A stretch of DNA of 64,000 nt from Dehalococcoidia bacterium (GTDB lineage: Bacteria > Chloroflexota > Dehalococcoidia > SHYB01): NCBI GenBank assembly GCA_965219875.1, contig CBDCOW010000003.1:1165892-1229891 (forward strand), in the 5' to 3' direction. Within the stretch, counting starts at the first letter, position 1, and the number at the start of each line of letters is the position of its first letter. Under the pieces are notes generated by a model, which saw only the letters and a list, made by a program, of their open reading frames with translations, was not told the origin of the DNA and made no database searches. Shown here one piece after another: positions 55,159 through 64,000 of this stretch. A program made the position numbers and the translations under genes.

Positions 55159-56493
55159 CTATGGGATGTCTGCTGGATAGTCCAGGCTGATGTGCCCAGC
55201 CTGTTCAAGTTCGGCGTATTTCTGGTCGTCGATGCCAAGAAGGTCCTTGTAAGCGTACTGATTGTGCTCTCCCAGTCTACAAGGGGGGAGACGAAGGTGA
55301 TTCGGGGTGCTCGCCATTCGCCATAGGGGGCCGCAATACAGATGGGAGCCGCTCTCGTTGTGGGTCAAAGGCTCAAAGAAGCCCCGGGCTTGCAAATGAG
55401 GGTCCCGTAGAAGATCGGCCTCGGAGGATACGGGGGCGGCGGCAACGCCTGAGGCCTGCAAGACTTCGGCCGCGTTTTTCGGCGGCCGCTCTCGGGTCCA
55501 GTCTGAGATCAGTGGGTCGAGCTGGTCCTGGTTCTCCCAGCGGGACAGGGCGTCGGCGAAGCGAGAGTCTTCGGCGAGCTTCGGCAGTCCGATCGCCTGA
55601 CAAAGCTTCCCGAACTCCTCGTCGGTGCCCACGGCAAGCACCACCCATTCGTCCGTCCCGGCACAAGGGTAGCAACCGTGAGGGGCCATCCACTCGTGAC
55701 GGTTCCCCATGGGGCTTCCGATGCGACCGTTGAGCGTGTAGTCCAACAGGGAGCCCGCCATGAACGGAAGGAAATTCTCTGCCTGCGGAATCTCGATCAG
55801 TTGGCCGCGACCGGTGCGACGGCGATGGCGGAGGGCCAGGAGTATCGACAGGGCGCCCGAGATGCCGGCAGCGGCATCGGGGACCACTGTCTCGCCCCGC
55901 AGTGAGGGGTCCGAGTCCTTATAACCCTGGCGCCACCCCAGTCCGACCACCCCTTCTATGTGGTACCCGAGCGCCCGGTACTCACGGTAGGGCCCCGATA
56001 GCCCGAAACCAGGCATGCGCAGATAGACCAGCGTGGGATTCGCCTGACGCAGGGCTTCCCAACTGACGCCCAGTTTGTCCATGGTAGCTGCCGGGTTGTT
56101 CTCGATCACCACATCCGAGATGGCAACCAGGCTGAAAAACTGTTCTTTCCCTTGTGGAAGTCGCAAGTCCACGGTCATGGAGAGCTTGTTGCGACCGTGG
56201 GAGTTGAACATCGGGGTCCGGTTCCATGGCCGGTCCCCCGGGTCCCAGTTGGGATAGGCATGGCTTACCATGGGTTGCTCTCGGATGAGCTCTCGGGACG
56301 GCCGCAAAGTACGCTCCGCCGACCGCGTCGATGGGGATGGGACCTGGCACGACTCCACCCTCAGGACCTCGGCCCCCCAGTCCGCGAGGATCATGGTGCT
56401 GTAGGGACCCGCCCAAGCGATGGTCAGGTCCAGCACCCGGATTCCATGGAGAGGAAGTTGTTTAATGGAGTTTTCCAAGCCCAGGCGACGCAT
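55159..56493 (-). CDS. Class III CoA-transferase (catalytic Asp present)
   Basis: IRVLDLTIAWAGPY, NSHGRNKLS, VPDAAAG, PCRLGEHN. The start is uncertain (56493 or 56478). Confidence 0.9.
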   Translation of the reverse strand: MRRLGLENSIKQLPLHGIRVLDLTIAWAGPYSTMILADWGAEVLRVESCQVPSPSTRSAERTLRPSRELIREQPMVSHAYPNWDPGDRPWNRTPMFNSHGRNKLSMTVDLRLPQGKEQFFSLVAISDVVIENNPAATMDKLGVSWEALRQANPTLVYLRMPGFGLSGPYREYRALGYHIEGVVGLGWRQGYKDSDPSLRGETVVPDAAAGISGALSILLALRHRRRTGRGQLIEIPQAENFLPFMAGSLLDYTLNGRIGSPMGNRHEWMAPHGCYPCAGTDEWVVLAVGTDEEFGKLCQAIGLPKLAEDSRFADALSRWENQDQLDPLISDWTRERPPKNAAEVLQASGVAAAPVSSEADLLRDPHLQARGFFEPLTHNESGSHLYCGPLWRMASTPNHLRLPPCRLGEHNQYAYKDLLGIDDQKYAELEQAGHISLDYPADIP

Positions 56494-56704
56494 CGCCTTC
56501 AACTGGGTGGGGAGAGCCCGTTGTGCGCGCACTGGCCGACGCCGACAAGCAACCGGATTATCAATCGGCTCCAGATACGTGTCAACCAGAGAAACTCCGG
56601 CCACCATTTCGCGGCCGGAGTATGATACGGCGGAGGATCGACGGCGATAGACAGGTATTCCGTCACGTGTGCCCCGAGGTGGGCGTTGAAGAGCGGAGGG
56701 GACC

Positions 56705-58072
56705 ATGTCTGTGACGCAAGCCATCGCGCAGTGGACTACGACGACCCGGTATGCGGACCTCCCGCCAGAGGCGGTGCAGGTGGTGAAACGGATGGGCCTC
56801 GATACCCTCGGAGTATCCCTCGCGGCCGTGACCGAACCGGCAGGCAGGATCATCGTCGACTACACACGGGAGGCGGCCGGCTCGCCTGAGGCGAGCGTCA
56901 TCGGTGGATGCTACAGGACCAGCACGGCCGACGCCGCCTTTGCAAACGGCGTGCTGGCGAACGCCCTCGACTTCGACGACACGTGGTTCCCCTTCGGCCA
57001 CCCGAGCTGCTGTGTATTCCCGGCGACGATGGCCCTCGGTGAGAAACTGCAGTCCTCGGGCAGAGAGTTGATCGAGGCGTACCTGGTGGGCCTGGAAATA
57101 TGGGGCAAGCTGCGGCAGGGCATCACAGACGACGGCCCCTCCGGCTTCGCCACTGTGGGCATATTCGGAGTCCTGGGAGCGGCCGTGGCAGCCTCCAAGC
57201 TTCTTCATCTCACCGCTGGAGAGACCGTGGTGGCGCTCGGCATCGCGGCCTCTCAAGCCGGTGGTCTCGGTAAGAGCACCGGCACGATGACCAAGCCCTA
57301 CCACGCGGGCAACTCCGCCGGCGGGGGCATCCGAGCGGCTCTGCTTGCCCAAGCGGGATGGACTGCCGACCCCGAGCCCTTGGAGGGCCCCATGGGGTTG
57401 CTGGAGCTGGCAATGGGCCCCGGCCGGTTCGACCCAAGCCGCACCATCGACGCTCTGGGCAACCCGTTCCATGTTCTGGAGCCCGGCATCGGGGTCAAGA
57501 AATACCCCACTTGCTATTTGAACCATCGAGCCATCGACGCGCTCCTCAAGCTCGTGAACAGGCATGACATCCGCACGCACCAGGTCGAACAGGTGACCGT
57601 CGCGGTGCCCAACGAGACCTGGATGAATGACCCGAACCCCGAAAATGGACTGAGGGCCAGGCTGAGCCTTCAGCATAATCTGGCCGAGGTCTTGTGCAGG
57701 GGGAACGTCACCATCGAGAGCTTCGACAACGACCGGGTGCATTCCAGGGAGATACGGGCGTTGATGGCTCGGGTTGTGATGAAGGTAGACTCGTCCATGG
57801 CCTCCGGATACAGGCAGGTGCGGAACCCCCTCACCTTGCGGCTGAAGGACGGCCGAGAACTCACCGAGCAGGTGGACGTCCCCCACGGAGATTGGGACGA
57901 CCCGCTGAGTGAGCAGGAGGTGCTCGCGAAATTCCGTGACAACGGACGGCGGCGGTTGTCCGGGGAAGAGTGTGAGCGCACTGCCCAACTCATGCTCCAC
58001 CTGGATGAACTGGACGACAATCTTGAGATCATGGCCATCAGCTCCGGGATCCAGGCCCAGCTGACGGTCTAG
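56705..58072 (+). CDS. MmgE/PrpD family protein
   Basis: AAFANG..ANALDFDD, GHPS, TKPYHAG, KKYPTCY, KFRD. Confidence 0.9.
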   Translation: MSVTQAIAQWTTTTRYADLPPEAVQVVKRMGLDTLGVSLAAVTEPAGRIIVDYTREAAGSPEASVIGGCYRTSTADAAFANGVLANALDFDDTWFPFGHPSCCVFPATMALGEKLQSSGRELIEAYLVGLEIWGKLRQGITDDGPSGFATVGIFGVLGAAVAASKLLHLTAGETVVALGIAASQAGGLGKSTGTMTKPYHAGNSAGGGIRAALLAQAGWTADPEPLEGPMGLLELAMGPGRFDPSRTIDALGNPFHVLEPGIGVKKYPTCYLNHRAIDALLKLVNRHDIRTHQVEQVTVAVPNETWMNDPNPENGLRARLSLQHNLAEVLCRGNVTIESFDNDRVHSREIRALMARVVMKVDSSMASGYRQVRNPLTLRLKDGRELTEQVDVPHGDWDDPLSEQEVLAKFRDNGRRRLSGEECERTAQLMLHLDELDDNLEIMAISSGIQAQLTV

Positions 58073-58100
58073 ACTGCGGTCTGGTGATGGAGGTGTCATC

Positions 58101-58604
58101 GTGTCGATTGATCGACTGAGAAGTCTAGCGTGGGAAGAGATAAGCGAGGGGGACGACGTTCCGGCGGTGATCTTCCCGCTCGATACCGTACGCCTTGTGC
58201 TGCTGGCGGCAGTGTGCCGGGACTACGACCCACAGCACTTCGATCATGGGTACGCCGAGCGCATCGGCAATCCGGCGCCCAACATGAACTCGTCATGCCA
58301 CGGAGGCATCCTGTCTCGGATGCTCACCGATTGGGCCGGACCGGCGGCCAAGGTCAGGCGCCTCAAGTTCAACGTGCTCCAGATGGCGTACCCCGGGGAC
58401 ACTCTGTGCGCCACCGGCAAAGTGACGAAGAAGTACGAGGACAACAATCAGCACATGGTCGACATCGAGGTTATGATGGTCAACAACACTCCTCACTTCT
58501 CGATGTTGCCGGTGCAATACGCCTTGCGGGGGACGGCCACTCTCATCCTTCCGACGGCCAACGAGGCCAAGGCGGCAGGGATTCGAAGCGGGGCAAACTC
58601 GTGA
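58101..58604 (+). CDS. MaoC-family dehydratase
   Basis: RDYDPQHFD..YA, LTDWAG, YPGDTL. Confidence 0.85.
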   Translation: MSIDRLRSLAWEEISEGDDVPAVIFPLDTVRLVLLAAVCRDYDPQHFDHGYAERIGNPAPNMNSSCHGGILSRMLTDWAGPAAKVRRLKFNVLQMAYPGDTLCATGKVTKKYEDNNQHMVDIEVMMVNNTPHFSMLPVQYALRGTATLILPTANEAKAAGIRSGANS

Positions 58605-59149
58605 AGCTCGGCGAAATCGATTCCGGTATTAAGGCACTCATCGGTCTCACGGCCGAATGGACTGTTCCCGACGAGGTGGAAAAGGGCGCCATTCGCCAAT
58701 GGTGCGAAGTCTTCGAGGACGGAAATCCGGTCTACACCGACGAAGCCGTTGCGAAACAGATGGGCTATCGCACGGTGATTTCTCCCACCGCGAAGATACT
58801 GGGTTGGGTCAGGCAGCCCATGTGGCCGCCCGCACCCCTGTCCTGGCCGGCCAAGGCCGGGACGCATCTCATCGAGACGGCGCCGCTGGGCACGAAGTTT
58901 GAGGCAGGGGTGGTCCAGAGCTGGGACCTGGAATGGCTTGGCCCGTTGTATCCGGGAGACCTCATCACGGAAAAGGAGACCATCACCGACATCTCGCCGC
59001 TAAAGCGGACTCGACTCGGAGTCGGGCACTTCGCCACGGTGGCGCGAGAGTTCAGGAACCAGGACGGCGATGTGGTCCAGAAGCTTACCGTCGTCTTCTT
59101 CAAGTACGTCTCCGAGGAACAGGCAAAAGCCGAGGGCGTCGAGATCTAG
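58601..59149 (+). CDS. FAS1-like/MaoC N-terminal-half hot-dog protein
   Basis: IRQWCEVFEDGNPVYTD, PLYPGD, FRNQDG. GTGA overlap with the upstream gene. Confidence 0.82.
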   Translation: MKLGEIDSGIKALIGLTAEWTVPDEVEKGAIRQWCEVFEDGNPVYTDEAVAKQMGYRTVISPTAKILGWVRQPMWPPAPLSWPAKAGTHLIETAPLGTKFEAGVVQSWDLEWLGPLYPGDLITEKETITDISPLKRTRLGVGHFATVAREFRNQDGDVVQKLTVVFFKYVSEEQAKAEGVEI

Positions 59150-59177
59150 CGCGACAACCGGGGCCAAGAGAGGGCCA

Positions 59178-60614
59178 ATGCTCGACCTAGCGATCAAGGG
59201 CGGAACGGTGGCGACGCCAGAGTCGGTCGGTGACGAGGACATCGGCGTGAAGGATGGGAAGATCGTCGTCATCGCCCAGCCGGGGACGGGAATGCCCGAC
59301 GCGGAGCATACGATCGACGCATCGGGGAAGATCGTTACGCCGGGCGGCATAGAGCCCCATGCCCACATTCTCACCCCGGTCCCGCCCACGTGGACCGGGC
59401 AAGAGGGTGTCATGACCCAGGCGCCCGAGCCCGCCACTCGCGCGGCCGTCTTTGGCGGCACTACGACAGTCATCGACTTCGCCTTCGTGCGGCCCGATCG
59501 GGAGATTCTGGGTGCGATCGAGCGCCGTACCGCCCAGTTCAGAGGACAGGCCTACTCTGACTACGCCTTTCACGCGATGATCCCTGGACCCATATCCGAC
59601 GAGACCCTTGCCCAGGTAGGGGGGGCAATCTCAGGCGGCGTTCCTTCGTTCAAGATCTTCATGACCATGGGTACGCTGAGCGGTGTCGATCCACCCACGA
59701 AGGTCGACGACGGCAACCTCTGGGCCCTCATGAAGGAGACGGCCAGACACGGCGGCATGATGGCGGTCCACGCTGAGGATGAGGAGATCGTGGTCTACAA
59801 CGAGCAAAAGCTCCAGAGGGACGGTAAGGACCAGTGGTTCAACGTGCACCTAGCACACAACAACCTGTCGGAAGAAGTCTCCTTCAACACGGTCATTCGA
59901 CTCGCAAGATCGACCGGCGCTGCCGTGAACTTGCTCCACGTGACCGCCAGGGAGGGAGTTGCAGCCATAAGGGAGGCCCGGGCCCAGGGCATGCCGGTGT
60001 ATGGAGAGGCCTTGCACCACTATCTCTGCTTCACGTCGGAGGACTACAAGGCGCAGGACGGCGGCATATACCACACCTACCCCTCGTTGAAGTTCCCTGA
60101 GGACCGGGACGCTCTATGGGACGGGCTCATCCACGGACCCATCGCCACGGTGGCCACGGACGAGTGGACCACGACCTACGCCGCGAAGACCTGGGGCAGG
60201 ACGATCACGTCAGTGTGTGGTGGCCATGCGGGGATCGAGACGAGGTCCATCATCACGTTCTCCGAGGCGTATAGGAAAGGGCGGATCAGTATCCAGCGGT
60301 TCGTCGAGGTTACCAGCACCAACGCCGCCAAGATTCTGGGGCTCTATCCGCGGAAAGGGGCCCTGGCGGTGGGTAGCGACGCCGACATCGTACTTTGGGA
60401 CCCCAACGTTCGTAAGACGATTACAATGGCGGACCTCCACCACGATGGGGACTACAGCATCTGGGACGGCTGGGACGTCGAAGGCTGGCCGGTGACGACC
60501 CTGCTGCGCGGGAAGGTCGTCGTCGACGGAGGGGAACTCCTAGGCGACCCCAGCGATGGGGAATGGCTGCCGCGAAAAATCGGCTCGGACGTGCTGGCTG
60601 GCCCCGCTTGTTGA
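59178..60614 (+). CDS. Dihydropyrimidinase/hydantoinase-like cyclic amidohydrolase
   Basis: PGGIEPHAH, GGTTTVIDF, SFKIF, VHAED, NAAKILGLYPRKG.LAVGSDADIVLWDP. Confidence 0.9.
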   Translation: MLDLAIKGGTVATPESVGDEDIGVKDGKIVVIAQPGTGMPDAEHTIDASGKIVTPGGIEPHAHILTPVPPTWTGQEGVMTQAPEPATRAAVFGGTTTVIDFAFVRPDREILGAIERRTAQFRGQAYSDYAFHAMIPGPISDETLAQVGGAISGGVPSFKIFMTMGTLSGVDPPTKVDDGNLWALMKETARHGGMMAVHAEDEEIVVYNEQKLQRDGKDQWFNVHLAHNNLSEEVSFNTVIRLARSTGAAVNLLHVTAREGVAAIREARAQGMPVYGEALHHYLCFTSEDYKAQDGGIYHTYPSLKFPEDRDALWDGLIHGPIATVATDEWTTTYAAKTWGRTITSVCGGHAGIETRSIITFSEAYRKGRISIQRFVEVTSTNAAKILGLYPRKGALAVGSDADIVLWDPNVRKTITMADLHHDGDYSIWDGWDVEGWPVTTLLRGKVVVDGGELLGDPSDGEWLPRKIGSDVLAGPAC

Positions 60615-60615
60615 G

Positions 60616-61806
60616 CTAGCCTCTCGGCAGTCCCAGCGCACGGGTAGCAATCGTGTTGCGCTGGATCTCGGAAGACCCGCCGGCGATCTGGTTGATTCGG
60701 CTATCCTTGTAAAGCCTGGCGATGAGGCCCCGAAGAGGCGCCAGTCGTTTGTTCTCCTCTCCCGCGTTGACCCACTCGAGGGTGCTGAGTGGCCCGATGA
60801 TGTCCATGGCGGCGAGGGCCAGGTGCTCGACGACCTCGCTGTTGTAGAGCTTCTGTAGCGATGCGCCGTCGGTGGCATCCTCCCCGGCCTCCTGCATGGC
60901 GATGACCCTGTAGCAGAGGAGTCGGCCGATCACGATCTCCCGGTATGTGTCCGCTAGGCGCCGGCGTACCTCCGGAAACTCGACAAGGGGCTTGCCATCG
61001 CGAATGGCCTCCTGAGTGTACGCCACCAACAGCCGCCAGAGTCGCTCCAGCATGACCGGTCGCCCCGCCATGGACCGCTCCAGGTCCATGACCGCCATCA
61101 GGTCATACCAACCCATATTTTCGCGGCCGAGCAGGGCGGTTCTCGGCACCCGGACGTCGTCCAGATGGACCGTGGTCCGCTCGAACCCGCGCAGCACGCG
61201 GAAGGTGGTCATCGACACGTTCGGCGACCTCAGGTCGACGAGGAACAGGCTGATGCCCTTGTGCTGAGGGACGTTGGGGTCGGTCCTAACGACACAGAAC
61301 ATGTGGCTCGAGATGTGACCGTTGTTGAAAGACTTGCTGCCGTTCAGAACGAACTCGTCGCCATCGGCCACCGCCCTGGTCTCCACCGCGGCCAGGTCGG
61401 AGCCGCAGCCCGGCTCCGTTAGTCCGAGGGCCAGGCGGATCTCTCCGCTCATGATATTGGGCAGGAACTCGGCCTGCTGCTCAGGGGTCCCGAGGCGGAC
61501 GACCGCCATGGCTCCGAAGTGGCAGGACCCCGAATAGACCGAGTCAACGCCATGAGGCAGCTCGGCTCTGGCTGCCTCTTCGGCGAAGATCGCCAGCTCC
61601 GTGTAGCTCCTCCCCTCCCCTCCATACTCTTTGGGGACGGCAATCTTTGTAAACCCAGCCTTGGCGAGCTCCATATACAGATCTTCATCCCACTCCGAAT
61701 AGTCCTCCTCGCACTTCTTGATGAGCTCTTCGGTGACGTGGGCTTGCATGAACTGCCGCACGCGCCTGCGCCAGGCTTCTTGCTCCTTGGTGTAGGTGAA
61801 ATCCAT
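60616..61806 (-). CDS. Acyl-CoA dehydrogenase (FadE26-like catalytic subunit)
   Basis: LGLTEPGCGSDLA, RTDP...HKGISLFLVD, IAGGSSEIQRN.IA...LGLPR. Confidence 0.92.
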   Translation of the reverse strand: MDFTYTKEQEAWRRRVRQFMQAHVTEELIKKCEEDYSEWDEDLYMELAKAGFTKIAVPKEYGGEGRSYTELAIFAEEAARAELPHGVDSVYSGSCHFGAMAVVRLGTPEQQAEFLPNIMSGEIRLALGLTEPGCGSDLAAVETRAVADGDEFVLNGSKSFNNGHISSHMFCVVRTDPNVPQHKGISLFLVDLRSPNVSMTTFRVLRGFERTTVHLDDVRVPRTALLGRENMGWYDLMAVMDLERSMAGRPVMLERLWRLLVAYTQEAIRDGKPLVEFPEVRRRLADTYREIVIGRLLCYRVIAMQEAGEDATDGASLQKLYNSEVVEHLALAAMDIIGPLSTLEWVNAGEENKRLAPLRGLIARLYKDSRINQIAGGSSEIQRNTIATRALGLPRG

Positions 61807-61821
61807 CTGAGGTCCGCCTCG

Positions 61822-62943
61822 CTACACGCCTTGTGCGACCAGCAGTTGTTCCCGCAAGCCTTCGGGAGAGCCGAGCAACAGTTGCATCGGCTTTGCCTTG
61901 CGGAAATACAGCGCTATGTCGGCCTCGTTGCTAACCCCCACGCCGCCGAAGACTTGCGTTGCCTCCGCGGTCACGAGCCTGAAGGCCTCCCCGGCCTGTA
62001 TGTGCGCCATAGCCCGCTCGGCGGCCGCTGGCTGGGCCTGGCTCGTCAGCCATACCGCGTAGTACAGGACGACTTTGGCGGCGTTGATTGCCAGGTGCAT
62101 GTTGGACATCTTGTGCTGGAGCGCCTGGAAACTTCCGATGGGACGACCGAAGGCCGTTCGCTGCTTGGCGTACTCGACGGCCAGCCCCAGGGCCTGCTCG
62201 GAGGCCCCTATCATTTCCGCGTCCAGCAACAGCTTGGCCTGGTCGAGGAGCTCGACAAAAGCCTCACCCCCTCTATTGATTGGCCCTAGGGCTTCGCCGG
62301 CGGAGGCCTGCACTCCCTCGAGCTCCACCAGCGCCATCCGCTCACCGGAGAGGGTCACCAGTGGGCTGGCCTTCAGACCTTGGCGATCCTTGGACAGGAG
62401 AAACAGTCCCTTCTCCCTTTCTCCGGTCCTCGCCAGCACAATGAGGTAGTCCGCCAGATGGCCGGCCCGCACGAAGACCTTGGTGCCAGCGATGGTGTAT
62501 CCGCTACTCGTGCTGACGGCGACGGTAGACACGGCGCCGAGGTCCGAGCGCGTCGAGGGTTCGAGGTAGGCCGTAGAGACGATCAGCTGGCCTGAGGCTA
62601 TCCTCGGTAAGAGGGCCTGTTTTTGTTCCTCCGTGCCAAGAGCCAGGATTGCCTCTGCAGACAGGACAGAGCTAATCCAGTGGGGACTTGGGAGAAGACC
62701 GCGACCCGCCTCCTCGTAGAAGATGGCCAGATCGAGCCAGTCCATCCCTGAGCCCCCGAATTCCACAGGTATCCGCGACCCAACCCACCCGAGATCGGCC
62801 ATCTGTTGGTACAGCGAAGGCGAGTAGTCGTCCCCGGAGGCTTCGATCTCCCTTACTTCGGAGAGCGGGCACTCCCGTTCCAGGAACTCACGGAACGACC
62901 GTCGCAGCAGCTTCTGCACCTCGGTAAAGCCAAAGCTGAACAT
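61822..62943 (-). CDS. Acyl-CoA dehydrogenase (FadE27-like partner subunit)
   Basis: YAKQR.AFGRPIGSFQALQH, QVFGG.G. Shorter, and lacks the TEP..GSD motif. Confidence 0.9.
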   Translation of the reverse strand: MFSFGFTEVQKLLRRSFREFLERECPLSEVREIEASGDDYSPSLYQQMADLGWVGSRIPVEFGGSGMDWLDLAIFYEEAGRGLLPSPHWISSVLSAEAILALGTEEQKQALLPRIASGQLIVSTAYLEPSTRSDLGAVSTVAVSTSSGYTIAGTKVFVRAGHLADYLIVLARTGEREKGLFLLSKDRQGLKASPLVTLSGERMALVELEGVQASAGEALGPINRGGEAFVELLDQAKLLLDAEMIGASEQALGLAVEYAKQRTAFGRPIGSFQALQHKMSNMHLAINAAKVVLYYAVWLTSQAQPAAAERAMAHIQAGEAFRLVTAEATQVFGGVGVSNEADIALYFRKAKPMQLLLGSPEGLREQLLVAQGV

Positions 62944-63019
62944 CACTGATCTCCCGGACCCCCACTGCTCCGCACAACAAGGGAGCCAACGGCCTGCGCA
63001 CGGATAGCGGCGCCATTGG

Positions 63020-63049
63020 AGTCTACGCCGCCGATTTTTCTCACGTCAA
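63020..63049 (-). promoter_or_regulatory. Sigma70-type promoter for the acyl-CoA dehydrogenase pair
   Basis: TTGACG-N18-TAGACT on the minus strand. Confidence 0.5.
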
Positions 63050-63167
63050 CTCAGGCCAGAGAAAAGAGCGATGCGGCCATCGCGGGCGGTGCGCGGCTAG
63101 GCGCAGCGAGCCTAGGGTATCATGGCCGCGTGGATGAAGTCCCTGGATTGAGGTGAAGAGGGCGCGC

Positions 63168-64000
63168 ATGTCAGGAACCGTGGAGCAAGCCCCAGCGCCG
63201 TCCAAAGCCCTGGGCGTCGTCGGCACCCGGCCCATCCGCCACGACGGGTATGACAAGGTCACCGGCCGCGCAAGGTACGGCGCCGACCTTCTCTTGGCTG
63301 ACCTCCTCCACGGCAAGGTGCTTCGCAGCCCGCACGCCCACGCGCGTATCCTCGCCGTCGATTGCCGCCGTGCTCTGGCGTTGCCGGGGGTGAAAGCGGT
63401 CGTCACCGGCGAGGACATGCCCATAAAGAAGACCCAACAGCTCAACTTCACTCCCGGCCTGGATAACCACCGGATGCAAGCTGAGAATATCCTTGCGTCG
63501 GGCAAGGTGCTCTACAAAGGGCATGCCGTGGCGGCGGTGGCCGCCGAGAGCGTCCACATCGCCGAAGAAGCGCTCGAGTTGATCAACGTCTCGTACGAGG
63601 TCCTCCCGGCGGTACTCAGCGCCCAGGAGGCGATGAGCGAGGACGCCCCTCTGCTCCACGAGGGCCTGAAGACACAATCGTTGGACCGCCGGCTGGGGAA
63701 GGGCGCCGACACCGGGATCGCTAGCAACGTGGCCAGCCACCTTCAGATTAAGCGGGGGGATGTCGGAGAGGGGTTTCGACGAGCCGCGGTGATCGCCGAA
63801 GGTGAGTTCACCACGCAGACAGTCCATCAAGGCTACATCGAGCCCCACGTGGCGACGGCGCTGTGGGACTCTGGCGATCGCGTGACCGTCTGGATGAGCA
63901 CGCAGGCGCCCTTCGGCGTACGCCAGATGGTGGCTATGATCGCCGGGAAACGGGAATCGGCGGTGAAGGTCGTCCCGCTGGAGATAGGGGGCGGGTTTGG
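63168..64000 (+). CDS. Xanthine dehydrogenase/CoxL-family molybdopterin-binding subunit (5' part, runs off the window)
   Basis: Manual translation: R.DG.DKVTGRARYGAD, VLRSPHAHARI, HQGYIEPH, STQAPF, IGGGFG. Absent from the ORF track because there is no stop in the window. Confidence 0.92.
   Translation, partial: MSGTVEQAPAPSKALGVVGTRPIRHDGYDKVTGRARYGADLLLADLLHGKVLRSPHAHARILAVDCRRALALPGVKAVVTGEDMPIKKTQQLNFTPGLDNHRMQAENILASGKVLYKGHAVAAVAAESVHIAEEALELINVSYEVLPAVLSAQEAMSEDAPLLHEGLKTQSLDRRLGKGADTGIASNVASHLQIKRGDVGEGFRRAAVIAEGEFTTQTVHQGYIEPHVATALWDSGDRVTVWMSTQAPFGVRQMVAMIAGKRESAVKVVPLEIGGGF

Noticed and set aside
56663-58099. 478-aa minus-strand ORF (and similar long antisense ORFs, e.g. 2176-3198, 3926-4795, 17966-18703, 36548-37300)
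   Set aside because: Shadow frames of well-supported genes in GC-rich DNA, with no recognisable motifs.

Overview
GC-rich bacterial window, most consistent with a Chloroflexota/Dehalococcoidia (SAR202-like) genome. That is an inference from the paralog expansions of class III CoA-transferases, hot-dog/MaoC dehydratases, crotonases and luciferase-like monooxygenase, and from lipoprotein SBPs with PT-rich linkers. The window has three blocks. (1) 1-16.2 kb: a RidA-like triple-domain gene, then two convergent catabolic operons and a peptide-type ABC transporter lacking ATPase genes. (2) About 16.2-41.9 kb: a decaying composite integrative island with one intact large serine recombinase and two recombinase fragments. 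It carries an intact, translationally coupled anti-phage cassette (MerR-like, 5mC methyltransferase, HhH-GPD/Mig-like DNA glycosylase, two unknown proteins, a 1915-aa DUF1998 helicase = Druantia type II-like architecture, then a coiled-coil TIR protein). The cassette is bracketed by a ~530-bp diverged direct repeat containing a promoter and a conserved two-hairpin RNA element. The island also holds an IS110 with a candidate bridge RNA and relics of a PRTRC-like E1/E2/JAB module. (3) 42-64 kb: more catabolic genes, including a candidate UGA-recoded seleno-OsmC and several enzymes with remodelled active sites. No rRNA, tRNA or CRISPR array is supported. All family calls come from motif recognition, not database searches.
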